Shown one piece after another: positions 23,082 through 33,130 of a DNA stretch of 64,000 bases (position 1 is the stretch's first letter; each line of letters opens with the position of its first letter). The notes beneath the pieces are model-generated. The model was given only the letters and a program-made list of their open reading frames with translations, ran no database searches and was not told the origin of the DNA. Position numbers and translations under genes: made by a program. Source of the stretch: Methanomassiliicoccaceae archaeon (GTDB taxonomy: Archaea > Thermoplasmatota > Thermoplasmata > Methanomassiliicoccales > UBA472); assembly GCA_963827905.1 (NCBI GenBank), contig CAWHCB010000003.1, positions 3,005-67,004 of the forward strand, read 5' to 3'.

Positions 23082-24584
23082 CTACTTTCCTTTCAGTTCG
23101 GAACGGATGTAGCTCATCATCTCCCCGACGTTGACCACGTCCAGGAAGAAGTCCAGGTCCCGCTTCTGCAGCTCCTTCAGCAAGAGCAGCACCAATGCAA
23201 AGACGCAGTAGCTGACGATGCTGACCAACACCAGGTCGTACCATCGCTCCACCGGGACCAAGAGGCTCAGACCATAGGCGGCCATGGCAGCCGCCGCTAT
23301 CGCCGCCAGATACTTCAAGGGGCGGTGGTCCAGCTTGACCGGGATCTGTCGGCTGGCATAATAGATGGAGAGGCCGAACACCACGACATATGTGATGAGG
23401 TTGGCGATGGCCGCGCCCACGTAGGAAAGCCCGAGGAGCTCCACTCCGAGGATCTCGTGGGGGACCAGGATGAAAAGCAGGACCGCGTCCACCAGCATGG
23501 CGGTCACGTAGATGCGCGCCACCTTCTTCGGCTCGTTTATGGCGTAGAGCTGGGTGATGAAGATGGTGGCGATGGCGCTCAGGAATATGGAGACCGAAAG
23601 GATGTTCAACGTCTTGCCCGAATCGGCGAAGGTGCCCCCGAAGATGATGACCGCCGTCTCCACCGGGAATAGCAGGATCACCACCACCATGGGCAGGATG
23701 ATCATGCTGATGTAGCGGATGGCCTCGGTGGACTTGGAACGGATCTCGTCATGCCGGCCCTCCTTGTCCAGCATGGAGAACGCCGGGAAGGCAAGGGCGG
23801 CCACGGCGCTGCTCACCACCAGGAACATGGACAGCAGGTTCTGGCTGGAGCTGTAGAAGCGCACCGAGTCCTCGGAGATGAAGGTGCCGATGACCAGCTT
23901 GTCCATGGTGGAGAGCACGGTGCTGGCGATGACTATGGCGAGCACCGGGGTGGCATATCTCAAATAGGAACGGAACAGGGTGGGCTTGGTCCAGTGCACC
24001 TTGTCCCGGAAAAGGTAGAACAGGGCCACGCAAACCGTGGCCAGACCGCCCAGCACATAGGCCCAGGCAACCTCGGTCACTCCCTGCCGGTCCATGAGCA
24101 GGAAGACCACCAGGGGCACCCTTATCAGAGGGTCCACCAGCACCGAGAGCTGGGTCTTGGTGGTCTGCAGGCGGGCGTCGAAGGTGAGCGTGGCGATCCC
24201 TGCCAGCCCATAGAACACGTAATAGGCCAGGAGGATGTAGACCAGCTCCTTGACCGTCGGTTCCATGGGCGTGGGGAAGATGAGGTCATAGCTGAACAGC
24301 AGCGCGAGCGTCACCGCCACCGCTCCGGCCAGGGTGCAGAGCTTTACCGTCGCATAGGTGCTGACGCAATCATTTAGGTCATTGCCCTCCGAGACCCGTT
24401 TTATGTGCGCCTGGGCGAAACCGAGGTCCGCCACCCCGAAGATGATGGCCAGGAAGGCGAGCGAATAGCTGAGCTGCCCATAGGCCTCGTCCAAATACCG
24501 GGTCATGAAGGTGAGGGCGACCAGGCCGAGGGCGGCGCTGAGGAACCGCGAGATCATGATCAGAAAGGAGCGACGGCCTATCAA
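23082..24584 (-). CDS. Oligosaccharide flippase (Wzx/MATE-like polysaccharide export family); start uncertain
   Basis: About 500-aa polytopic membrane ORF with YGQLSY, ADLGF, MDKLVIG, FPAFS, GAAIA. Confidence 0.88.
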   Translation of the reverse strand: MIGRRSFLIMISRFLSAALGLVALTFMTRYLDEAYGQLSYSLAFLAIIFGVADLGFAQAHIKRVSEGNDLNDCVSTYATVKLCTLAGAVAVTLALLFSYDLIFPTPMEPTVKELVYILLAYYVFYGLAGIATLTFDARLQTTKTQLSVLVDPLIRVPLVVFLLMDRQGVTEVAWAYVLGGLATVCVALFYLFRDKVHWTKPTLFRSYLRYATPVLAIVIASTVLSTMDKLVIGTFISEDSVRFYSSSQNLLSMFLVVSSAVAALAFPAFSMLDKEGRHDEIRSKSTEAIRYISMIILPMVVVILLFPVETAVIIFGGTFADSGKTLNILSVSIFLSAIATIFITQLYAINEPKKVARIYVTAMLVDAVLLFILVPHEILGVELLGLSYVGAAIANLITYVVVFGLSIYYASRQIPVKLDHRPLKYLAAIAAAAMAAYGLSLLVPVERWYDLVLVSIVSYCVFALVLLLLKELQKRDLDFFLDVVNVGEMMSYIRSELKGK

Positions 24585-24726
24585 CGGGCTCTCGTAGCCA
24601 TTGTCATTATTTAACGGTAATCGGCCCGATACCGGGCAGGATAAAAAGGGCAAAGGGTTCGGACCCGCAGGCCAAAGAATTTATTGGTGCGAGATAAATA
24701 AAATATAAATAATTCAGAAGGCATTC

Positions 24727-24753
24727 CTTAAATATGTCCGACAGTCGTCGGAC
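24727..24753 (+). promoter_or_regulatory. smc promoter: TATA-like CTTAAATA followed by the inverted repeat GTCCGAC-AGTC-GTCGGAC
   Basis: Perfect 7-bp arms at 24736-24742 and 24747-24753, immediately after the TATA-like element in the AT-rich flippase/smc intergenic region. Confidence 0.5.
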
Positions 24754-24830
24754 TCGATGGATGGGATGCACTTGGAGCTTGAGCTTTATCAGAGCGTATG
24801 CTCAAGGGCCCTTGGCCGAGGAGGGCGGGA

Positions 24831-27800
24831 ATGTACCTGAAGCAGATCGAAGTGGAGAACTTCAAGTCCTTCGGCAAGCGGATGACGATCCCCATGCTGA
24901 ACGGCTTCACCGCCGTCACTGGCCCGAACGGCTCTGGCAAGTCCAACATCTCTGACGCCATCCTTTTCGTCCTCGGCCCGAAGAGTTCCAAGGCCATCCG
25001 CGCCGGTCGGCTCACCGACCTTATTTTCAACGGCGGACCGTCCAAGCAACCGTCCTCCTATACCAAGGTCTCCCTGGTGTTCGACAACAAGGACCGTCTC
25101 ATCCCCATCGACGACGACATCGTCAGGCTCACCAGGCATGTCAAGCTCTCTGAGAGCGAGACCGGTTACAACTCATATTTCTACGTGAACGACAGGAAGT
25201 CGTCCCTTAACGAGTTCGATTATCTGTTGGCCTCGGCAAGGATCAGCGCCGACGGCTACAACCTAGTGCAACAGGGCGACGTCACCCGCATCGTGGAGAT
25301 GTCGCCATTGGAACGACGCAGATTGATGGACGACATCTCTGGCATCAGCAAGTTCGATGAGGACATCGTCAAGGCCGAGGGCGAGCGCAAGGGCGCCGAG
25401 GAGAACATGGACCGCATCGGCATCATCATGAACGAGCTGGAGAAGCAACTGCATCAGCTGGAGCTGGAGAAGGCGGCGGCGTTGCGCTTCATGGAGGCGA
25501 GGGACCGTCTCGCCCTGTCCAGGTCACGCATGGCGCACAAGAAGAAGGAGGCGGCGGAGTCCGAGGTCAACGCCACCCGCGCCCAGATCGATGCCTATAA
25601 CAAGGACATGGAGGCCTTGCGCCTGCGTAAGGCCGAGATCGGCAGGGCCATCGCCGACGCCGAAAGAAGGATAATCGAGCTGGAGGCCCAGATCACCGAG
25701 AAGGGCGGCCAGGAGTTCAAGGACCTGAAGGAGCGCATGGACGCCGCCAAGATCGAGATCGCCAGGGCGACCGACGCGGCCCAACGCTCGGACGAGGAGG
25801 GCAAGGAGCTGCAGGAGACGCTGCGCCACCACCGTGAGGAGCGCAACAAGCTCCAGCACGAGGTCCGCTCCATCGATGACAAGCACAAGGTCACGGAGGA
25901 GACCCTGCTGGACAAGCAACGCCTTCTCGAAGAGAGGCGCAAGCAGCAGGCGGAGGTGCAGTCCAAGATATCCGCCTCCGACTCCGAGCTGTCCGCCCTG
26001 GAGAGGCGGTTGCTCGATCTGGACGCCCAGGTCAGCGAGGGCGAGGAGAAGGTCCACTCCCTCACCATGGACAAGGACCGCCAGGAGGACCGGCTGAACC
26101 GTCTCAAGGCCGAGCTGGCCGAGAACGAGGAGAGCAAGGGCAACCTGGAGTTCCAGATCAAGGACGCGGAGTGGCGCCTGCGCGAGATCCAGAAGACGGA
26201 AAAAAGCTCCACGGGCGAGCTCAGCGCCTTGCAGACCCAGTTCTTCGCCAAGCGTTCGCAGGAGGCGAAGATGGCCGCACAGCTGGACGAGCTGGAGCAG
26301 GCCATCAAGACCCTCACCCGGGAATACAATCACATCTCCGCGGAGAAGGAGGCGGTGGAGAACCTCGCCAAGGGCTACAACCGCGCCGTCCGTTCCCTGT
26401 TGGAGGCGAGGGACAAGCACGAGATCAGAGGCATCCATGGCACCGTGGCCGAGCTGGCCAAGGTCGACCCCCAGTACGACATCGCCCTCAACGTCGCCGC
26501 CGGCGCGCGGATGCAGTCGGTCATCGTGGACGATGACGATGTGGCCTCCGAGGCCATCCAGTTCCTGAAGCGGAACAACCTGGGCCGCGCCACCTTCCTA
26601 CCTCTCAACAAGATGCTGGACGGCAAACCGCGGGGCAAGGCCCAGCTTGTCGTCAAGGAGGCGGTCGGATACGCCATCGACCTCATCGACTTCGAGGAAC
26701 GCTACCGTCCCGCCTTCTGGTACGTTTTCGGCGACACCGTGGTGGTCCAGGACCTGGCCAAGGCCCGAAAGCTGATGGGCGGGGTTCGCCTGGTGACCGC
26801 GGGCGGCGAGCTCATCGAGGCCTCCGGGGCCATGGTGGGCGGCACGCTGGACACCAACACCCCCAAGTTCGGCCAGAGCTCGAAGGGCAAGCTGGAGGAG
26901 ATCGCCGAGGAGCTGCGCAAGAGCGTGGAGCACTCGGAGAAGCTGACCGCCCAGCTCAAGGCGCTGCGTCTGGAGCTGCAACAGGTGGAGTCCCGCATGC
27001 GCGAGCTCAGCGGCTCGGAGAGCAACAACGAGATCAAGATCAGCGGCCTGGAGGCCACCTTGAAGGACCTGAAGGGCCGGATGGCCAAGGGACGCGAGGA
27101 GGCGACGACCAAGGCCAAGGAATCGGAGGAGCTGCGTCTGGCCATCGAGAGGTTGTCCAAGGAGGTCGCTTCCGCCGCATCCAAGGTGGAGCAGACCAAA
27201 TCTCAACGTGAGCAGGCCCGGCAGAGGCAGATGGAGATCGCCCCCAAGGACCTCACCGCCAAGCTGCGCGCGTTGCAGTCCGAGGTGGTGGAGCTCACCG
27301 CCTCGGTGGCGGAGCTGAACTCCGAGAAGGCCACCGGCAAGACCCAGATGGACCTGCTCCGCAAACGCCTGGAGGAGATGGACCAGTTCGAGGCCGGTTC
27401 CAAGGAGAAGTCGGTCAAGCTGCGCTCCGAGGGCGAGGAGGCCCGGGCCAAGGAGGCCAAGCTCCGCGTGGAGCTCAACGGCATGAGGCGCATCGAGGAC
27501 TCCATGGGCAAGGAGATGAACGACCTCCGCCTCAAGAAGGAGGCCTCGTTCAAGGAACGGACCCAGTTGGAGTCCGACCGGGACAAGGTCCAGACCAAGG
27601 CCGAGACCTCACAGGACTTCGTCATCACGCTCAACACCAAGCTCGCCACCGCCATGGAGCGCATCAAGGAGTGCGACGTCGAGATCGAGCAGATCAAGGT
27701 GCCGGTCACCTACCCTCTGCCCCCCATGGACGAGATCAAGGCGGAGATCAACCGCTGCGAGTCCACCCTGGCCAACATGGGCGCCGTCAACCTGCGTTCC

Positions 27801-28430
27801 ATAGAGGACTACGAGGACAAGTTCGCCCGGCATGTGGAGCTGCGCAACGAGATCAAACGCCTGGACGACCAGAAGAACGACCTCATCAAGCTCACCAACG
27901 AGCTGAACGAGAAGAAGAAGGTCGCCCTGCTCAAGGTGTTCGACGCGGTCAACGAGAACTTCCGCACCGTCTACGCCGAGCTTTCGCAGGGAGGCGAGGC
28001 CGAGCTGCTGCTGGAGAACCCGGAGCGGCCGTTCGAGGGCGGGCTGGTCATGAAGTGCAGGCCCAGGCACGGCAAGGTGCTGCGGCTGGAGGCGCTAAGC
28101 GGAGGGGAGAAGTCGCTGGCAGCGCTGAGCTTCATCTTCGCCATGCAGGAATGGCAGCCATCGCCCTTCTATCTGCTGGACGAGGTGGACATGTTCCTGG
28201 ACGCGGTCAACGCCGACATGGTGGCCCAGCGCGTCAAGAAGAGCTCCCACACCGCCCAGTTCGTCATGATCTCGTTGAGGAAGGTCACCCTGAACAAGGC
28301 GGACCACATCATCGGGGTGACGAAGCCAGAGGGCGGGATCAGCAATGTCATAATGAAGCCCGACATGGGCGATATCAAGGACCTCCAGGACGACCTTAAG
28401 GTGCTGGAGGAGAAGGGGGATGGGGTATAA
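24831..28430 (+). CDS. smc: Chromosome segregation protein SMC
   Basis: GPNGSGKSN, Q-loop VQQGD, long coiled coils, hinge GIHGTVAEL/LGRATFLPL, LSGGEKS, LLDEVD; GAGGAGG before the ATG. Confidence 0.98.
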   Translation: MYLKQIEVENFKSFGKRMTIPMLNGFTAVTGPNGSGKSNISDAILFVLGPKSSKAIRAGRLTDLIFNGGPSKQPSSYTKVSLVFDNKDRLIPIDDDIVRLTRHVKLSESETGYNSYFYVNDRKSSLNEFDYLLASARISADGYNLVQQGDVTRIVEMSPLERRRLMDDISGISKFDEDIVKAEGERKGAEENMDRIGIIMNELEKQLHQLELEKAAALRFMEARDRLALSRSRMAHKKKEAAESEVNATRAQIDAYNKDMEALRLRKAEIGRAIADAERRIIELEAQITEKGGQEFKDLKERMDAAKIEIARATDAAQRSDEEGKELQETLRHHREERNKLQHEVRSIDDKHKVTEETLLDKQRLLEERRKQQAEVQSKISASDSELSALERRLLDLDAQVSEGEEKVHSLTMDKDRQEDRLNRLKAELAENEESKGNLEFQIKDAEWRLREIQKTEKSSTGELSALQTQFFAKRSQEAKMAAQLDELEQAIKTLTREYNHISAEKEAVENLAKGYNRAVRSLLEARDKHEIRGIHGTVAELAKVDPQYDIALNVAAGARMQSVIVDDDDVASEAIQFLKRNNLGRATFLPLNKMLDGKPRGKAQLVVKEAVGYAIDLIDFEERYRPAFWYVFGDTVVVQDLAKARKLMGGVRLVTAGGELIEASGAMVGGTLDTNTPKFGQSSKGKLEEIAEELRKSVEHSEKLTAQLKALRLELQQVESRMRELSGSESNNEIKISGLEATLKDLKGRMAKGREEATTKAKESEELRLAIERLSKEVASAASKVEQTKSQREQARQRQMEIAPKDLTAKLRALQSEVVELTASVAELNSEKATGKTQMDLLRKRLEEMDQFEAGSKEKSVKLRSEGEEARAKEAKLRVELNGMRRIEDSMGKEMNDLRLKKEASFKERTQLESDRDKVQTKAETSQDFVITLNTKLATAMERIKECDVEIEQIKVPVTYPLPPMDEIKAEINRCESTLANMGAVNLRSIEDYEDKFARHVELRNEIKRLDDQKNDLIKLTNELNEKKKVALLKVFDAVNENFRTVYAELSQGGEAELLLENPERPFEGGLVMKCRPRHGKVLRLEALSGGEKSLAALSFIFAMQEWQPSPFYLLDEVDMFLDAVNADMVAQRVKKSSHTAQFVMISLRKVTLNKADHIIGVTKPEGGISNVIMKPDMGDIKDLQDDLKVLEEKGDGV

Positions 28431-29338
28431 TGGAGACCAACGCAGAGGCCATCTACGGCCATTTGCTGTTCCACCGCGCCATCATCGACGAGGGGGACCG
28501 CAGCGAGAAGATCGAACGCTACATGGAACTGCTCAAGCAGGCCGAGGCGGGGGAGGGCATAGCCCCCCTCGACCCAGTGGATAGGGCGGTGCAGCTGGTG
28601 TTCCAGCTGGTCCTCTCCAACAACTTCGACCCTTGGGACGTGAACCTCATGGAGTTCGTCCGCATGTACACCAAGAAGATGCACGCCGACGAGGTGAACT
28701 TCATCGTGGCAGGCAAGCTGGTGCACATGGCCTGGAGCATCCTGCGCATGCAGAGCCAAGAGGTGCTGCTGCTGCACGAGCGCCCCGAGCAGTTCGAGCT
28801 GATCTGCGCCGACTGGGACCTGGAGGGCGAGGGCCACTCCGAGGAACCGTTCCATTCCGATATCGTCACCGACGTCCCGGACGGGGTGGAGCTGGCCGAG
28901 GCGGTACGCCACCACACGAGCCGACCGGTCTCGTTGGTCGAGCTCTTGGACGCGTTCGACGAGGCCAAGCGCGAGGTCGAGGTGCAACTGGCCCGGCAGA
29001 AGGCCCGGGATGTGCTCAAGGCAGCGCAGGAACGCTTCGACGGCAAGGCCCACTCCGAGGACCTGGAGAAGGACGTGGAGATGACCTGGGACCGCATCCT
29101 CCGATGCGGCAACGGGCCGATCGCGCTCGAGGACATCATTGAAGGCGGCAAGGAGGACGCGGTCACGGTCGTGGTCTCATTGCTGTTCCTGTCCCGGGCG
29201 GGCAAGATCGCCCTGTGGCAGGACGAACTGCCCTATGGCCAGGTATTCCTGGAGATCAAGATCCCGTGGGACATCGGCACCCTTGAGGAAAGGCCAGCGC
29301 CGCTGGTGCCCGCCCCTGAGAAGAGAGCGGTGATCTGA
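28430..29338 (+). CDS. scpA: Kleisin ScpA
   Basis: FDPWDVNL, RPVSLVELL, VSLLFLS...IALWQDELPYGQV; start overlaps the smc stop. Confidence 0.9.
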   Translation: METNAEAIYGHLLFHRAIIDEGDRSEKIERYMELLKQAEAGEGIAPLDPVDRAVQLVFQLVLSNNFDPWDVNLMEFVRMYTKKMHADEVNFIVAGKLVHMAWSILRMQSQEVLLLHERPEQFELICADWDLEGEGHSEEPFHSDIVTDVPDGVELAEAVRHHTSRPVSLVELLDAFDEAKREVEVQLARQKARDVLKAAQERFDGKAHSEDLEKDVEMTWDRILRCGNGPIALEDIIEGGKEDAVTVVVSLLFLSRAGKIALWQDELPYGQVFLEIKIPWDIGTLEERPAPLVPAPEKRAVI

Positions 29339-29339
29339 G

Positions 29340-29837
29340 TTGGAATCGGAGCGAGCAGTGGAGGCGGTGCTGTTCTCTTCCGGCCGGCCGATGAAGGCCT
29401 CGGAACTATGCGAGGCCACCGGACTCGGCCCTGACACCGTAAGGAGGGCGCTGAAGAAGTTGGAGGAGGAGTACGACCAGAGAGGCTCCGCCATCCAGGT
29501 GGTCAAGATCGGCCTGAAGTACTCCATGCAGCTCCGTCCGGAGGCGGCGCGCTATTCCACCACCTTCGCGGAGAAGGAGCTGCCCGACAAGGTCCTCCGC
29601 CTGGCAGCCATCATAGCCTACAACCAGCCCATACTGCAGAGCGAACTGGCCAAGCTCATGGGGTCTGATGTTTACGACGAGGTGCGCACCCTGCGCCACG
29701 CCGGTCTCGTCACCGGCAAGAGGCAAGGGCAGACGTTGTTGCTGTCCACGACGCAGAAGTTCTCCGAGTACTTCGGCATCGGCAGCAACCGAAAAGAGGA
29801 CATCAAGAGGTGGTTGGAATCACAGTCAAAGAAGTAG
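29340..29837 (+). CDS. scpB: SMC-Scp complex subunit ScpB
   Basis: VEAVLFSSGRP, AIIAYNQPILQSEL, TTQKFSEYFG. Confidence 0.93.
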   Translation: MESERAVEAVLFSSGRPMKASELCEATGLGPDTVRRALKKLEEEYDQRGSAIQVVKIGLKYSMQLRPEAARYSTTFAEKELPDKVLRLAAIIAYNQPILQSELAKLMGSDVYDEVRTLRHAGLVTGKRQGQTLLLSTTQKFSEYFGIGSNRKEDIKRWLESQSKK

Positions 29838-30034
29838 TGAGAGTGAAGGAAGATCAGAAGACTACCATCGGGCGCATACCTATCATGGTCTCCGAGACGA
29901 GGCGTTTGCCTGGCTCCGACCCCTGCGTCACCATCACGGAGCTGAGCGTGGAGCGGAGGGAGGAGGACGCCCCGCCCCTGCGCACCTGGTCCGGATACCC
30001 CTTCGTATCTCTGAAGGGCTCGCACGGCAAGTGA
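29837..30034 (+). CDS. Small hypothetical protein (~65 aa) coupled to scpB
   Basis: GTG start overlaps the scpB TAG (TAGTG); host-like codon usage; RVKEDQKTTIGRIPIMVSETRRLPGSDPCVTITELSVERREEDAPPLRTWSGYPFVSLKGSHGK. Confidence 0.5.
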   Translation: MRVKEDQKTTIGRIPIMVSETRRLPGSDPCVTITELSVERREEDAPPLRTWSGYPFVSLKGSHGK

Positions 30035-30171
30035 TGGTCCCAAGGCCTCGACCGTCCACGGTGCTAGATGGACGGATACGACTGGCCGGCCTTGGAACGG
30101 CCATGGGTGGGCATGCCCTCATAGAAAACCTTTATATCCAGCGGTCCTAATGCGTCAAAGTAGTGGTCTTA

Positions 30172-30387
30172 ATGGTCATGCCCCTTGCGCTGCTCGAGAA
30201 ATCCATGAACAAGAACATCTCCCTCCTGCTGAAGGACAACCGTACGCTAGAGGGCAAGCTTACCGGATACGACGAGTACATGAACATGGTCTTGGAGGAG
30301 ACCGAGGAGCGCACCTCTGAACAGACCAGGCGCCTGGGCGTCGTCATCCTCCGGGGCAACAACGTGGTGAGCATCTCACCCCTCTGA
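30172..30387 (+). CDS. LSm / Sm-like archaeal protein
   Basis: PLALLEKSMNKNISLLLKDNRTLEGKLTGYDEYMNMVLE...ILRGNNVVSISP; BRE/TATA AAAACCTTTATAT at ~30125. Confidence 0.93.
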   Translation: MVMPLALLEKSMNKNISLLLKDNRTLEGKLTGYDEYMNMVLEETEERTSEQTRRLGVVILRGNNVVSISPL

Positions 30388-30417
30388 AATCCGTTCCTGT
30401 TACTGGTGAAATAACGG

Positions 30418-31384
30418 ATGAAGGCGGTAATTCTTGCAGGCGGCCTAGGCACGCGCCTAAGGCCACTCACCTACCGAACACCAAAACCCCTCGTACCTCT
30501 GGTGGGAAAGCCATTGGTGCGCCACATCATCGATTCCCTGCCCTCCCGCGTGGACACGGTGGTGCTGGCCGTCTCCTACATGAGGGAGGCGTTGGAGGAT
30601 TACTTCCGGGTGAACGACTGCGGCCGCAAGGTCATCCTGGTCAATGAGACCCAACCGCTCGGGACCGGGGGGGCCCTGAAGAACGTCGAGGAGCATCTCG
30701 ACGAGACCTTCATGGCCTTCAATGGCGACGTGATCTGCTCGCTGGACCTCAATGCCATGCTGCGTCGGCACCGCCAGGGGGGCGGCATCGGCACGTTGGC
30801 GTTGTGGGAGGTGGAGGACCCAAGCCCCTTCGGCGTGGTGGCCCTCGACCCGACCGGGCGGATAACCCGTTTCCAGGAGAAGCCAAGCTCGGGCGGAGGC
30901 GGTATCGAACCTGATCAACGCGGGTACCTACATCTTCGAACCGGAGATACTGGACCACATCGGCCCAGGGGTGGTGTCGCTGGAACGCGAGGTGTTCCCC
31001 AAGGTCCTGGTGGACGGGCTGTTCGGGCACGAGTTCGAGGGTTACTGGGTGGACTGCGGGACGAGGGAGAGCTACCTCAAGGCCCAGGAGACCATCATGC
31101 GGTTCCAAGGGGACAAGGTCTTCGACCTCGAGCTCCGCGGCAAGGTGGCGATGGAAGGGCCCTATCATCTGGACGGTGCCTATCTGGAGGACTGCCAGGT
31201 CGGTCCCAACGTCTATGTCTATCCCGGGGCCGAGATCATGTCTGGTGCCTTGGTGAGCAACAGCGCCATCATGGCCGGGGCCCGCGTGTCGCCCGGAGCC
31301 CAGGTGAGGGACTCCCTCATCGGTCCAGGGCAAGTGGTGCCCCAGGGCACGTCGGTCATAGGACAGATCATAGCGGAAAGATGA
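30418..31384 (+). CDS. NDP-sugar pyrophosphorylase (mannose-1-P guanylyltransferase-like), one frameshift near 30890
   Basis: ILAGGLGTRLRPLT, PKPLVP, PLGTGGAL, FQEKP, INAGTY, SLEREVFP, YWVDCG. Confidence 0.9.
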
Positions 31385-31471
31385 GTCCGTATCGACCATT
31401 ACCGGGCCCCGATTGTTAGTTATGTATATATCCCTGGAAATTTTCCGGTAGGCTATAGAGGTGGTGGGCCA

Positions 31472-33130
31472 CTGGCGGAGAAGCCTCAGCAAGGATTCCA
31501 AATTTGGATCAACAGCCGTAACTTCCGGAACGGCTGGCTGGGCTTCGTCATCATTTTCTTCATCCTCTTCATCGTCCTGCCCACCATATGGATATTGAGC
31601 TACACCGTCACGGACTGGGACCTCATCCAGAAATACGTCTTCGACGACCCGGCCACGGTCCAGCTGATACAAGATGCCATAGTGGCCTCGTTCGAGATCG
31701 CCGCCATCGTCGTCGTGATCGACATCATAACCGGCCTGCCCATGGCCTGGATCCTGGTGCGCAAGGAGTTCCGGGGCAAGCAGTTCCTGGATACCTTGAT
31801 CGACATGCCCTTGGCCGTGCCCACCGCCGCCCTGGGGTTCTCCGCGGCCATATTCTGGGCCGTGTCCAAACCATCGGCGGAGGCCCCTTGGTTCGCCGTG
31901 GGCGAGATATCCAGCCCCTTCATCTTGGTGTTGCTGCTCCACGTCGTCTTCTCCTACCCCTACATGGTGCGCTCGTTGGCCGCCATCCTGGAGCAGATCG
32001 ACCAGACCTATGAGACGGCCGGCCAGACCCTGGGGGCGAGCAAGCTCACCGCGGCCCGCACCATCACCCTGCCCCTGTTCCGCGCCGGCCTGGTGACCGG
32101 CATCATCCTGGCCATGGCGCGCAGCCTGAGCGAGACCGGCGGCACCATGATCGCGTTGGCCACCATGGCCAATTCCCAGAACTTCCAGACCGGGCCGACC
32201 CTCATCGGCACCCTCAAGGCGGGCCTCAACCTCAATCCCGACCTCGCCGCCCCCCTGGCCTTCATCAGCATCCTGTTGATCGCCCTCTCCTTGGTGCTCC
32301 TGGTGGCGCTCAAGCTGGTGGTCATGAAGGTAAGATTGCCCGCGGGCAAGGTCTGGCCCAAATGGGAGAAGATACTGTCCCGGGGCATCGCCCCCAAGTT
32401 GAAGGACGGTTTCAGCGGCGCCTTCCTCATCATCATCGTGCTCATACCTTCCTTCTTCATCTTCGCATATGTGTTCACCGCCACCGCCTCCCAGGGCGAT
32501 TGGCAGACCTTCTGGGAGAGCCTGGCCAATTCCTTCATCATCGCCGGCGTGGTCACCTTGGTGGACATATTCCTCGGCATACCCCTGGCGCTGTACATCG
32601 CCCGCAACAAGAAGGGCCGGCTCCCTCAGTTCCTGGACGTGATGGTCAACATACCGTTGATCGTCCCCACGGCCGCTCTGGGGTACTCCCTCGGCATCTT
32701 CTGGGGCGGGGCTCCGTTCATATCGGCCATCCCGTTCCTCCTGGTCATCTTCGCCCACATCGCCTTCACCTATCCCCTGGTGGTCAGGAACGTCGAGGGG
32801 GCGGTGGAGGAGGTCGACGCGGCCTATGAGGACACCGCCCGCACCCTGGGGGCGAGACGCCTCCAGACCTTCCGCAAGGTCCTCTTCCCGATGATCAAGG
32901 CCTCGGTCCTGGCCGGCGCTATAATGGCCTTCACCAGGAGCCTTGGCGAGACCGGCGCCACCATCGCGGTGGCGGGCACGTCCGTCAACACCGCCCCGGT
33001 CTATATCGTCGAGCTCATCAACAAGGAGCAGTTCTACATGGCGGCCTTGGCCTGCATCGTGCTGATCGTGGTCTCATTCGCCTTCATGATGGCGCTCAGG
33101 GTCATCACCAGGAAGAGGAGGGCAGGCTGA
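31472..33130 (+). CDS. ABC importer permease, two fused domains (FbpB/ThiP/ModB-like); probable CTG start
   Basis: Two EAA motifs (YETAGQTLGAS, YEDTARTLGA), DMPLAVP/NIPLIVP, RSLSETG/RSLGETG; frame is open upstream to CTG 31472 after GAGGTGGTG. Confidence 0.9.
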   Translation: MAEKPQQGFQIWINSRNFRNGWLGFVIIFFILFIVLPTIWILSYTVTDWDLIQKYVFDDPATVQLIQDAIVASFEIAAIVVVIDIITGLPMAWILVRKEFRGKQFLDTLIDMPLAVPTAALGFSAAIFWAVSKPSAEAPWFAVGEISSPFILVLLLHVVFSYPYMVRSLAAILEQIDQTYETAGQTLGASKLTAARTITLPLFRAGLVTGIILAMARSLSETGGTMIALATMANSQNFQTGPTLIGTLKAGLNLNPDLAAPLAFISILLIALSLVLLVALKLVVMKVRLPAGKVWPKWEKILSRGIAPKLKDGFSGAFLIIIVLIPSFFIFAYVFTATASQGDWQTFWESLANSFIIAGVVTLVDIFLGIPLALYIARNKKGRLPQFLDVMVNIPLIVPTAALGYSLGIFWGGAPFISAIPFLLVIFAHIAFTYPLVVRNVEGAVEEVDAAYEDTARTLGARRLQTFRKVLFPMIKASVLAGAIMAFTRSLGETGATIAVAGTSVNTAPVYIVELINKEQFYMAALACIVLIVVSFAFMMALRVITRKRRAG

